From IMG/VR virus record IMGVR_UViG_3300010373_000002, positions 49,402 to 113,401 of that record: a stretch of DNA of 64,000 nucleotides; one strand, 5' to 3'. The position numbers were made by a program, and so were the translations under genes. This DNA is from a virus. Below the pieces are notes generated by a model. The model did no database searches, had not been told where the DNA came from, and was given only the letters and a program-made list of their open reading frames with translations. Within the stretch, counting starts at the first letter, position 1, and each line of letters starts with the position of its first letter. Below are positions 47,680 to 57,146 of the stretch, piece by piece.

Positions 47680-48974
47680 CGAATTGCGAGCAGGAAGCCC
47701 CTACGGCGAAGCCGTTGACCCCCTTGCGGGTCAACCTCTTTAGGGTAGGGGAGGAATGCGAGCCTCAAAAGAAAATCCGAACTACATTGAAGAATAATCA
47801 ATAAACCTACACTATAATACCAACATGAAGACCATCGCCAAGATCGACATGAAAGCAGATGGAAGCGGCAAGAAGAGGCTCCTCGACACGATGGAGTCCT
47901 TCAATGCCGCTTGCGATGATATCGCTGCCGTCTGTTTCCAGGAACACTCGGCGAGTAAGTTTCGTATCCAAAAATTGGTCTACCATGACATCCGTGAGAA
48001 ACATGGATTGTCCGCTCAACTTGTGATTCGTGCTATTGCAAAGACGTGCGAAGCATACAAGCGTGACAAGAACATCCAACCCAAGTTCAAGGAGCACGGC
48101 AGCATTACCTATGATGCTCGCATCCTGACGTTCAAGGGGTTGAACACGGAGTTTGCCCAAGTTAGCCTGACTACACTGGATGGTAGACGGAATTACGAAG
48201 TCAACGTCAGAGCCTACTTCGCTGGCAGGACTGATCGCATCAATGGTCAAGTAGACCTTGTGTATCGTGATGGCAAATTCTCCCTCTATGCTACATGCGA
48301 CATGCCAGAAGATACACCCATCGAACCGGATGACGTTCTGGGTATTGATCTTGGAGTTGTCAATGTTGCCGTAGACTCCACGGGAGAAGTGTTCAGCAAC
48401 GAGAAGGTGGAAACGGCTAGAGTTCGCATCCATCGCCATCGTGCGAAGCTCCAGCGAAGGAATACTAAGTCATCGAAGAGGAAACTGAAGAAGGTTAGCG
48501 GTAAGGAAGCCAGGTTCAGAAGTAACACGAATCATTGCATCAGCAAACATCTTGTTGAGAAAGCCAAGGACACGAACTCTGCGATTGCGTTGGAAGACCT
48601 GACGTACATCCAGAGCAGGACACGGTGCAGGAAATCTCAACGGGCAGAGCGTATGTCATGGGCGTTCTTCCAACTGCGATCGTTCCTGACCTACAAGGCG
48701 AAACTTGTCGGTATCCCCGTAGTTCTTGTTGATCCTCGCAATACGAGTCGTCAATGCTCGTGCTGCGGACACATCGACAAAGCGAACAGGCGAAGCCAGA
48801 GCAAGTTCCTGTGCGTAAGTTGCGGACATCATGAAAATGCCGATTACAACGCTGCGAAAAACATTAGAACACGGGGCGTTTCAACCGTCCTATTGTCGTC
48901 CGCTACCGATCTGTTAAAGGTCGGATAGAGATGGAATGACAAGCCCCGCCCTCTTTAGGGGCGGGGTAGTTGAC
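47680..48974 (+). mobile_element. IS200/IS605-family tnpB-only (IS1341-like) element, 1295 bp
   Basis: Inserted 3' of TTCAC with no target duplication; related subterminal hairpins at both ends (AAGCCCC...CCTCTTTAGGG..GGGG); right end TAGTTGAC; no tnpA. Confidence 0.9.
47825..48928 (+). CDS. tnpB: TnpB RNA-guided endonuclease
   Basis: RuvC-I GIDLG, RuvC-II ALEDL, Zn finger CSCCG/CVSCG, RuvC-III ADYNAAKNI; all catalytic acidic residues present. Confidence 0.95.
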   Translation: MKTIAKIDMKADGSGKKRLLDTMESFNAACDDIAAVCFQEHSASKFRIQKLVYHDIREKHGLSAQLVIRAIAKTCEAYKRDKNIQPKFKEHGSITYDARILTFKGLNTEFAQVSLTTLDGRRNYEVNVRAYFAGRTDRINGQVDLVYRDGKFSLYATCDMPEDTPIEPDDVLGIDLGVVNVAVDSTGEVFSNEKVETARVRIHRHRAKLQRRNTKSSKRKLKKVSGKEARFRSNTNHCISKHLVEKAKDTNSAIALEDLTYIQSRTRCRKSQRAERMSWAFFQLRSFLTYKAKLVGIPVVLVDPRNTSRQCSCCGHIDKANRRSQSKFLCVSCGHHENADYNAAKNIRTRGVSTVLLSSATDLLKVG

Positions 48975-48992
48975 AACCCAACCGTTATCGCC
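48800..48992 (+). ncRNA. Predicted TnpB omega/reRNA scaffold plus guide (5' boundary approximate)
   Basis: Right-end hairpins TTGTC/GACAA and CCGATCT/AGGTCGG; CGGGGC (~48872) is complementary to GCCCCG (~48943); the guide would be the flank AACCCAACCGTTATCG. Confidence 0.6.
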
Positions 48993-49094
48993 CATGCGAC
49001 GGAAGTTTTGAGCCTTGAACATCGCCGGTGGATGACGGCGGAAGAGTTCATGGAAGAGATGAAGAATCCTATAAAATCATGACATGGAGCAAAA

Positions 49095-49304
49095 ATGTCC
49101 ATCAAAAACATCCTTCGCATGATGGCATTTACGTGCCTAATGCTTGGATCGGCCTTCATCTACAAGGCGATGGCGCTTCCCAAGAAAGCCGACATTTATG
49201 TTGGACTGACGATTGTTTCGTTCGCTCTGGCGGTCGTTGTGGTGGGAGCGGGCGACATTCAAAGGGATAGCGACCAAGAGGATGAGGAACAAATCGGTGA
49301 TTGA
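49095..49304 (+). CDS. Two-TM membrane protein
   Basis: GGAG RBS; two hydrophobic helices and an acidic tail. Confidence 0.55.
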   Translation: MSIKNILRMMAFTCLMLGSAFIYKAMALPKKADIYVGLTIVSFALAVVVVGAGDIQRDSDQEDEEQIGD

Positions 49305-50280
49305 TTTTAATGCGTATTTCAGTAAATACGAACAACCCAAAGGGAATGACACCCTCGGCGGCTATCCAGTGCCGGCTTACGCTATTCCTCTGGTAAAAAA
49401 CAGGAAATCGTGGACCGAGACTGTTATTTACGATGAAACTCTTGGAGGGTATCGCGGAGTCATAGAGATTATGGGTGGCAACGAAATCTTTGCAGTGGCC
49501 GATAAGGGCGACAAACCGCCCGACTCTTTCTCGGCGTTGATCAACGCTTTGATTTCTCGGCTGAGAATTGAGCGTGACCGTTCTTCAAAAACGGTAAGCA
49601 TAGACAGGCTTACAAAGGATATCTCCGGCAAGAATTTCCACCAATCAGACATCGCTTGGGACAGATGGATTGTTTTAGCGATCAAGTTCTTGCGGGGGTC
49701 TGAAATTTTGATCGCTCCCGAGTTTCAGATCGACGGTGAGTTCCCTTTTGAACTCGTTGAATCGAAAATCCCGGATGGCGGTTTCTATCCTCCGAACTTC
49801 AACAAGGAGAAGGTTGGGGATGACGTGGCCGAGCACTACGGCGTGTGGAAAAACGAGCCAGACGCAATGGGGAAAGACTCCGAACCAAACAAGGCCGATC
49901 CGATCCTTTGCTACGTTCATGACAGTTCGGCCTACTTTACGACGCAGGCCCTTGCCGACCAAAGCGGCGAAGATTGGTACAAGCGTCCTTACGAGTACAA
50001 TGCCAGGCCACCGTGGGAACCTTATGAGGATGACGAGTTTTGGTCGATCATCAAAATTCATTTCGGCGGCGATTACCGACAGCCGTGCTCGGGCCGCGCG
50101 AGTTCGCCTTATAGCGTCGAACAGATCAACGCGGGCGAAGTCCCTTGGCTGGATCACACGTCATTAGGTGACAGTGAACCCGCAACTTCAATCATGGCCG
50201 GAACGCCTTTGAGCGAGTTCAAGCGGATCATTTGGGAAACCGGCGGCGAGATTTTCGAGAAGACACCCAAACCCGAGTAA
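49297..50280 (+). CDS. Hypothetical multi-domain phage protein
   Basis: C-terminal LCYV...AYFTT..L..Q.G.DW..PYE.NA..P..SV.QIN.G.VPWL pattern. Confidence 0.6.
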   Translation: MIDFNAYFSKYEQPKGNDTLGGYPVPAYAIPLVKNRKSWTETVIYDETLGGYRGVIEIMGGNEIFAVADKGDKPPDSFSALINALISRLRIERDRSSKTVSIDRLTKDISGKNFHQSDIAWDRWIVLAIKFLRGSEILIAPEFQIDGEFPFELVESKIPDGGFYPPNFNKEKVGDDVAEHYGVWKNEPDAMGKDSEPNKADPILCYVHDSSAYFTTQALADQSGEDWYKRPYEYNARPPWEPYEDDEFWSIIKIHFGGDYRQPCSGRASSPYSVEQINAGEVPWLDHTSLGDSEPATSIMAGTPLSEFKRIIWETGGEIFEKTPKPE

Positions 50281-50388
50281 GTAACCTCTATGTCTGTTTT
50301 CGACAAACTGCCGCTGCGTCTCAACTAGATAAACTCGTTTTGAAGTCTGTCAGCGCCGACTATCTATCCCGTAAGGACGCCGAAGACA

Positions 50389-50625
50389 ATTAAGTACAAC
50401 GACTCCGACAAGAACCGCTCTAAGCCAGGCCCCAAAGTCAAGGTCGGCGACAAGCGGGTATGTGACAAGCTGAGCGTGATCCACGTCGAGACCGCCGTCA
50501 AAGACAAACTCAACGCCCTGAGTAAGTTGACCGGCAAGCCCGCCTACGAAATCGCCACGACCGTCCTAGGAGAATACACGAGCGCTCAGATGTGGAAGTA
50601 TTTAGAGAAGGAATTACTGAAATGA
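50389..50625 (+). CDS. Ribbon-helix-helix-like DNA-binding protein with a probable ATT start (absent from the track)
   Basis: 78-codon frame IKYND...VIHVETAVKDKLNALSKLTGKPAYEIATTVL...; TAAGGA 11 nt upstream; ATGA overlap with the next gene. Confidence 0.55.
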   Translation: MKYNDSDKNRSKPGPKVKVGDKRVCDKLSVIHVETAVKDKLNALSKLTGKPAYEIATTVLGEYTSAQMWKYLEKELLK

Positions 50626-50897
50626 TCGGAGACGGGAATCACGTCAGCGAAAGCTACCGTCACGCCAATTGCTGTTCCGAGAGAGATGACTGTTTTCGGC
50701 TCCCAGACAACACTCCCGACGATCCTTGCTGGGGACAAGTCGGCCTAGAGGAAGCCATAGACACCGATGGCGGCGATATTTTCGTCCACTCTTGCGAGGG
50801 GCATCGCGATATGTATGATTATTCGCCTCCCTATCCTGTAACCTACAAGCCGGAGCCACCAAAAGAAATCTCCGAAAATTCCGGGTCTACCCCTTGA
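50622..50897 (+). CDS. Small Cys/His-rich protein
   Basis: AAGGA RBS; PCWGQV..H.CEGH. Confidence 0.55.
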   Translation: MIGDGNHVSESYRHANCCSERDDCFRLPDNTPDDPCWGQVGLEEAIDTDGGDIFVHSCEGHRDMYDYSPPYPVTYKPEPPKEISENSGSTP

Positions 50898-50921
50898 TTA
50901 GTGGTTTTCGTCTGCTATGAT
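50894..50921 (+). promoter_or_regulatory. Sigma70-type promoter with an extended -10
   Basis: TTGATT-16-TATGAT with TG immediately upstream of the -10 spacer base. Confidence 0.5.
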
Positions 50922-50965
50922 ATAGACAGTGAAAGTGAGGTTCGGGACACAAACAGGAAGCCGAC

Positions 50966-51286
50966 ATGCACTATCAATTTCAACCGCCTACCGCCGAAGA
51001 GAGCCAAGAGTGGGCCGACCAGACAGCCGAGGATGACGAGCCGATCGCCGAGAAGAAGAGGGTCTGCCGGTTGGTTCTCGTGATTCCCAAGGTGGCGTAC
51101 TTTGTCAAGCCGTGCGAACCGAAGGAAACCGAGCGAAAGAAGTTCGTCCTTCGGGGAGACGACGGCTCCAAGCTGGTCGTTCGCGAGTATTTCGAGCACG
51201 TCGAATGCTCAGGATGCCTCTCCCTGGATTGTGATCACGCTCGGGCTATGGCGGCGTGTGGATTGATCTCTTCTTTTGACTCGTGA
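50966..51286 (+). CDS. SWIM-like Zn-finger protein
   Basis: CSGC...CDH..A near the C-terminus. Confidence 0.5.
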   Translation: MHYQFQPPTAEESQEWADQTAEDDEPIAEKKRVCRLVLVIPKVAYFVKPCEPKETERKKFVLRGDDGSKLVVREYFEHVECSGCLSLDCDHARAMAACGLISSFDS

Positions 51287-51295
51287 AAGGCTCCG

Positions 51296-52926
51296 ATGGA
51301 AATCAAGACGATCGAGGATTTGAACGATCTCGCCTTCAAGAAAGAGGCGGAACTGAAGTCGATGCGAGAATCGCAAAAGTTTCTCCAAGATCAACTCGAA
51401 GAATCCAATAATCGTATCAACGCCTTGGTTGGCGAGATTTACAAGATAGACAATCTGATCATCGCCTCTATCGGAAGTCCTTTATCTAAATGCTTCGTGG
51501 ATTCTTGCCAGAAATGGATCATGTTCCTAAGTAGAGATGGAAGCAAGATTAAGGTCGAGAGAATGCGAATCGGCGACATGGAACGAGCGTACAACGTCAA
51601 AGTTTCTTCGTGACACTATCGAAAGGTAAAAATGAGCGACACTGATAAAAATGAACCCAAGGAATTAGTGGACATCACCGACCCGATCACCTTGGAAGAG
51701 TTACTGGAAAAAACTTTTGGCGGCGGGTTTCCCGTCATCAGGCTCTACGACGTCCGCGCTATTATCGACACGGAAATAGAGCACTGGGAATCTCTTGCCG
51801 ACAAGTACAACTCGGACACGCTTCGTCTTCGGGCGATGGCTCTCCGCGAGGAAATCGACACCCTTCCTTTTCGTGTGATGTGGGAACGGGAAGAAATTGC
51901 TCCGTGTGATCTCAGGGATTCTTGGAACCCCGGAGAAGCAAGAGAGATCGCTTTAAGGTTGCACGGATTTCTGTGCGATTTCAAATCCAACGATTTCGAC
52001 GCCACCAAAGAGAGCGCTCGTTCGCATGTTCGGAATCTCATTAAGCAACTTGCGGCCTATATTTAATATTCACTATCGAAAGGGAATTATGGACGATTAC
52101 AAGAAGTTGAATCTGCCGACCAATTTCACCGAATCCATCGAAAAGCTGGAAGGCACGCCCGAGGGCGAGATCATCAAGCAAGCGCTTGCCGCTTGTAATT
52201 TCGCGATGGAGAACGAGGGCGGCGACGAATTGCTCCGCAACATGCTCGTGAGTTTGATCGAGGATTGCGACCGAGAGCAGTTATTCGCCTATACGATCGG
52301 CTGGGCGATCGGCTTGGCCGCGATCAAGCGAGCGCAATTCGAGATGGACGCTAAGGCCGGGAAAACAGATGGGAGCGCAAAATGAGACCTCATCCTACTT
52401 TTTTTAGCGTAGCGCTTGGCTTGGCCGGCTTGCTTGTGATGGTCGCTTACTTCTATTTTTTGCGTGCTTATCACAAGAAAACTTGCAGGTTATACCCAAA
52501 AGACAGGGAGTTTGAGGAATGAGCGAAACAAGTCAAATACTCAAGGGAACCAAAGAAGACATTCTCGAAGCTATTGAGAATATTTTCCTTGATTTCTGGA
52601 ATTCCTCCGAAGACAAGATTGAAGAACTGGTCGAATCTCAAATCCGAGACAGGTTCGCCGAAGAGATTAAACAACACGAGAGAGAACGGTACGATATCAA
52701 GGAAAAACTCGAACTATTCAACAGGGAATTCGATCGTTACCAGAAGATCGAGGCGGCGGCGGATAGGGTCGTGGAGTCGTTTCTTTCGACCTCGGCATAC
52801 AAACTAGGGGTGGATGGAGATATCGACTTAGGAACAATATTGGACCTAAGTAACACCCTTCTTCCCACTAAAGATGAACCCAAAACAGCGGCGGAGAGAA
52901 TTTATGAAAATCACTGTCGATCGTAA
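51296..52926 (+). CDS. Run of small hypothetical genes (51296-51613, 51632-52066, 52089-52385, 52382-52522 TM, 52519-52926)
   Basis: Tightly packed, RBS-preceded, co-oriented ORFs with no recognised families. Confidence 0.55.
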
Positions 52927-54088
52927 ATCGTTTCTGGATGCTTGCCAAGACATTATCGGCGTCGTACCGTCGAAGTCGAATAAGCCGATCCTGCGCAACA
53001 TGAAATTGGTCGTTGACGAAGGCGACTCTCAGATCATGGCGACCGACGAAGAGGTCTCCATTTCTCGCTACGTTCACGGCGTCGAGATCGACCAACCCGG
53101 CGGCGTTTTATTGCCGGCCGATCGTCTCATGAAGATTCTCAAGGCCGGCGACGATCCTACGATCACGATCCAGAGCGACGGCGACTCCTTGGCGATCGGC
53201 GATACGACTTGCGACTATAAAATCCCCACGGAGGATGCGGACCTTTACCCGAACGTTCCCGAGTTCAACAAGTTGAACTATTGGATTGTGGCCGCTCGCG
53301 ACATTAAGCGGTCGATCAAGCGAACCATCTTCGCGACGGAACTTAACTCGACCCGTTATGCTTTGGGCGGAGTCTACTTCGGCATCAAGGACGACTTGGA
53401 AGACCTTTTAGACTTGGTTGCTCTCGACGGCCGGAGGATGGCGAACTCGACGATCGGCTACGAGCAAGAGGGGACGCCGGACAAGTACGAAGGGAATCTG
53501 GTCGTTCCCACTCGCACGCTCAAGATGCTCGGCGGGATGCTCGACGACGGCGACCCTCCGGTCCATATCGCGACCGTATCGAATCCCAAGCTGAGCGCGA
53601 TCCTGTTCCGCACGGGGAACTCGGTCATCCATAGCCGGTTGGTCGAAGGCCGGTTTCCGAGGTTTGAGGATGTCTTGCCGAAGTTCCATAACGCCGTGGC
53701 GACGATCGAGGCGGGGCTACTCTTGGCGACGATCGAGAAGGTGTCGGTCACAACCGGCGAAGAATCCAGGGGCATTCACTTCGAGTTCGAGGAAGGCCGG
53801 TTGACTGTCCGAAGCGAATCGGCCGACCTCGGCAAGTCCCGAGCGACCGCGCCGATCGAATACGAGGGCGGTCCCGTATCACTTGAGATGGATTCGGCTT
53901 ACTTGATCGACATGCTTCGGGCGGTCGGCAAAGAAGAGAAGTTCGCGATCAAGATGATCGACGATCGGGAGTCTGTCATGTTTCACTTGGAAGGATATCA
54001 ATACATGATGCAGCCACTCAGTTCCAAGGCGGCGGCGGAATTCAAAGCGAAGCAAGAGGCTGAGAAATTGGCGTCCACAAAGAAGTGA
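52904..54088 (+). CDS. dnaN: DNA polymerase III beta sliding clamp
   Basis: PIL..., ATD.E, RYALGGV, VALDGRRMA, SRLVEGRFP, YL.D.L, YMMQP. Confidence 0.93.
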   Translation: MKITVDRKSFLDACQDIIGVVPSKSNKPILRNMKLVVDEGDSQIMATDEEVSISRYVHGVEIDQPGGVLLPADRLMKILKAGDDPTITIQSDGDSLAIGDTTCDYKIPTEDADLYPNVPEFNKLNYWIVAARDIKRSIKRTIFATELNSTRYALGGVYFGIKDDLEDLLDLVALDGRRMANSTIGYEQEGTPDKYEGNLVVPTRTLKMLGGMLDDGDPPVHIATVSNPKLSAILFRTGNSVIHSRLVEGRFPRFEDVLPKFHNAVATIEAGLLLATIEKVSVTTGEESRGIHFEFEEGRLTVRSESADLGKSRATAPIEYEGGPVSLEMDSAYLIDMLRAVGKEEKFAIKMIDDRESVMFHLEGYQYMMQPLSSKAAAEFKAKQEAEKLASTKK

Positions 54089-54113
54089 CTTGAGACCAAG
54101 AAAGGGGATCGGG

Positions 54114-54818
54114 ATGAGGGTAGTGAAAGACATCACGGGAGAGCGTATCGGGAAACTGGTGGCAAAACGATTGGTTGGTAAAAAGCGTGGCGTATTTATT
54201 TGGTTGTTCGATTGCGATTGCGGCGGGTCCAGAATTGGTTGTCCCTCTGTAATTAGACGATCAAGTTTACCTGCATGTAAAAAATGCTGCTTATGTTCAC
54301 CGTGTAAACGGAAAGACATCACAGGAAAGCGTATTGGAAAATTAGTGGCGAAAAGTATCGTTGGGAAATATCGTGGCGCATATCTTTGGTTGTTCGGATG
54401 CGATTGCGGAGGATCAAGGACTGGAAATACGAGTGTATTTGTAAATGGTTGCGTAGTTTCGTGTTCGAAATGTTCCAGAAACAAGAAAGAGAGAAAAGAA
54501 TTAGCGATCAAATTTTATGGAGAAAAGTCTTATAATGAATATATAAATAGGAATACGATAGTAAGATATGGGAATCTTTCTAAAGAATCTATCGAATCAA
54601 GGGAAAAAAGATTAATGATGTCAAATATTTGTAGGAGAGAACGAAGATTAAGGTTTTCCCAACAAGAAAGAGAGGAATACAACGAAAAAGAGAGAAACCG
54701 GGAAAGGAAACTTAGAGAGCGCAAACGTCTCGCACAACTATCTAACCTCGCATCAACCATCAGCAGAAAGATGAAAGAACATGAGCAACTTCAAGAACAA
54801 TCCTCAATCACGGCGTGA
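54114..54818 (+). CDS. Protein with a duplicated homing-endonuclease-type N-terminal Zn domain; no nuclease domain seen
   Basis: KDITG.RIGKLVAK..W...CDCGGS occurs twice; visibly AT-rich DNA. Confidence 0.7.
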   Translation: MRVVKDITGERIGKLVAKRLVGKKRGVFIWLFDCDCGGSRIGCPSVIRRSSLPACKKCCLCSPCKRKDITGKRIGKLVAKSIVGKYRGAYLWLFGCDCGGSRTGNTSVFVNGCVVSCSKCSRNKKERKELAIKFYGEKSYNEYINRNTIVRYGNLSKESIESREKRLMMSNICRRERRLRFSQQEREEYNEKERNRERKLRERKRLAQLSNLASTISRKMKEHEQLQEQSSITA

Positions 54819-55584
54819 AGAATTCCAAGCTAAAATCCGAGGCTTGAACAAACCGGCCCAAGTGCAAGCGGAAATTCACGCCGAAAACGCAAAAAGCGTA
54901 GAAGGCATCTGGAGGACCGCAATGTTGGTCGCAAGATTCAAGGAAGTCGGAGGCGATACTTCGACCCTCGGCATGGACATGATCCCGGAACTCTTGATGA
55001 TCGCCAAAAACCAACTACTCCCTGAAGTTATGCTTCGGTTTCTTGACAATAGAAACACCTTGGTTGCCGTCGCCAGGCTTCCCCTTTCAGGCCAATCCGA
55101 TGTTCTAGAGAAAGGAGAAATTGTCGTCGCTGTTCCGTCGAAAAACGGAAAGTTCGAGGAGAAGAAGGTCTCTATCGACAAGGCGAAGAAGAAAGAAGTC
55201 GATCAAGCATTCAAAGGCGGTCGTGTTCGAACCTTTTCCGAGCAAGCCGCCGCTATTACCGCTCGTGCGGCGATGCAGCCGAAACCGGCGACATCGGACG
55301 CCGATGGTTTTCTGATCAACTACGAACGCGGCGAAGTGACGGTGACTAGGGGTCAAATCTTCGCAATCGACAAGCTCCGGGAGTTGTTGATGGAGTTGGA
55401 AGGCCAAGAGTCTTCTGTCGGTGTTGGAGAAAATCTGTCGAAATCAATCAGTGTCCCTTGTACTCCATCGGAACACCACAACATCGAAGTTCTTGCCGCC
55501 GCAAACAAAACCACAATGGGCCACACTGTTCGCCGGTTCGCGGTACGTGGCGGTGCGTTCCGGAAGATCGGTATCTCGGCGTGA
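54781..55584 (+). CDS. Hypothetical protein
   Basis: 267-aa ORF; LP.S.Q..QAF..G.VRT..EQ pattern. Confidence 0.6.
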   Translation: MSNFKNNPQSRREEFQAKIRGLNKPAQVQAEIHAENAKSVEGIWRTAMLVARFKEVGGDTSTLGMDMIPELLMIAKNQLLPEVMLRFLDNRNTLVAVARLPLSGQSDVLEKGEIVVAVPSKNGKFEEKKVSIDKAKKKEVDQAFKGGRVRTFSEQAAAITARAAMQPKPATSDADGFLINYERGEVTVTRGQIFAIDKLRELLMELEGQESSVGVGENLSKSISVPCTPSEHHNIEVLAAANKTTMGHTVRRFAVRGGAFRKIGISA

Positions 55585-55609
55585 AATCCCCAACAGAAAG
55601 GGAATCCGA

Positions 55610-56313
55610 ATGAGCCGGTACATCTACGAAAAATTCGGTCATCTCCAAGAACCCGAGAAAAGCAACGCGATGATCCGGTCGCTTCGGGATTCTATCGTGG
55701 AGTTGCACGAGAAACAACTCGTGATCACTGAAACCACGCGAGACATCCGACGCGCTCAATGCAATATCTCTCAATTAATGGACATGGAAGACGGCGGGTT
55801 TGATTTCGGAGACAAGTTTGCAACTAGAAGCCCGAGCGGAGAGCTTCTTTTGTATATCTCTGGGGAAAAATACTTTGATGGAAGGGTCGAAGTCGTTCCC
55901 GAAGATTATCGAGCCGTCCCCGAGGAGTATCGGTGGAATTCAGATAAGAAAGAATTAGACAAATGAAATGCAATGTGATCTTGTTAGTTGATCGCCGCCC
56001 TTATAACAACTCGGAAATGGGTTTCTTCAGCGGCAACATCGACGGACCCTTCTCGCTCAAGCGCGATGTCGCCAAGAAGTATTATACACAAGCCGAGATC
56101 GACGCCGACTTGGAGAAATTCTGGCCTACCGATGGCGGCGAACCAGAGAACCCCAAGATGCGGCGATGGCTCCCCGTCGTCGAAGATTACGACAAGACGG
56201 TCGCTTATGCCGTCGAGACTCCCGAGAGCGACCGACCAAAGAAGGCGACTGAAAAAGATAACCACGCGATCGAACGTCACATGCGAGAGAAGTGCAAGAA
56301 CAGGAGTCGTTAA
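55610..56313 (+). CDS. Two hypothetical genes (55610-55966 and 55963-56313)
   Basis: RBS plus ATGA coupling. Confidence 0.55.
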
Positions 56314-57146
56314 TGCTTGCCGAGGTTGCCGCAGAAGAGAAGGTCGCCGAGGTTCCCAGGGATGCCGCTTGGGTCGGTCGGATGCTCCGTAAGCGTTTCG
56401 AGTATCCCGCCTATATTGTTCGCTCGGAGGTCTCTGAATCGACCGGCTTCGACTCAGGCCGGCGTGCCGACGCCTTGATCGTGTCATGTTATCCGTCCCA
56501 GGGCGGTCCCGCTCTGATCGGCGTGGAGATTAAGGCGTCTCGGGGAGACTGGATGAACGAGTTAAAGCAACCCGACAAAGCCGACGCCTTCTTCCGCTAT
56601 TGCGACCAGTGGTACTTGGCGGTCACGGACAAGAAGATCGTTAAAGATGGCGAGTTGCCTTCGACGTGGGGCCTCCTGACCCCTCACGGCGAGTCCCTAA
56701 AGATCAGTGTCGCCGCTCCCAAACTGGAATCCGAACCGACGCCTCGGGGCTTACTGGTGTCTCTGGTGCGTAATGCTTTCGAGGCCAATGAGGATCGCCA
56801 AGTCGTCGAGAAGATGAAGCAAGAGGAATACGCTAAAGGTTACAAGCAAGGCAAGGAATCTGGGACTACCATTGAGAAACAAAACACGAAGCGACTCCAG
56901 CACGAACACGAAAACCTCAAGTCGGTCGTTTTAAGGTTTGAGCGGGAGAGCGGAGTCAAGCTCGATATTTGGGGCGGTACTCAAAAACAGGGGGAGAAGT
57001 TCGCCAAGCTGTCCTCGATCCTTTCTAGGCGTGAGGCGATTGATTGGGACAACATCCTGCGGAACCTTGAGAGCGTCGCGATGGCGGCCAACGGTGCGGC
57101 GGCGAACGTGCGAGAGGCGATTAGTGCGATGGGAGAACAAGCATGA
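56313..57146 (+). CDS. MmcB-like PD-(D/E)xK nuclease
   Basis: EV...G..RRADA, GVEIKASRGDW..EL..PDK, ELP.TWGL. Confidence 0.8.
   Translation: MLAEVAAEEKVAEVPRDAAWVGRMLRKRFEYPAYIVRSEVSESTGFDSGRRADALIVSCYPSQGGPALIGVEIKASRGDWMNELKQPDKADAFFRYCDQWYLAVTDKKIVKDGELPSTWGLLTPHGESLKISVAAPKLESEPTPRGLLVSLVRNAFEANEDRQVVEKMKQEEYAKGYKQGKESGTTIEKQNTKRLQHEHENLKSVVLRFERESGVKLDIWGGTQKQGEKFAKLSSILSRREAIDWDNILRNLESVAMAANGAAANVREAISAMGEQA

Larger units (their letters stand above)
47185..49082 (+). pseudogene. ABC/AAA-type ATPase (200 aa when rejoined) interrupted by an IS; parts 47185-47679 and 48975-49082
   Basis: Walker A GDQGVGKS, SHGE signature, LLDEPD; the H-loop VAGVH|NPTVI is restored in frame by removing 47680-48974. 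Confidence 0.85.

Noticed and set aside
47680-47824. IStron (group I intron-IS chimera) restoring the ATPase by splicing
   Set aside because: Only 145 nt precede tnpB, explained by the left-end hairpins and a promoter-like AT tract; no group I core, and the element ends in C rather than an omega-G.
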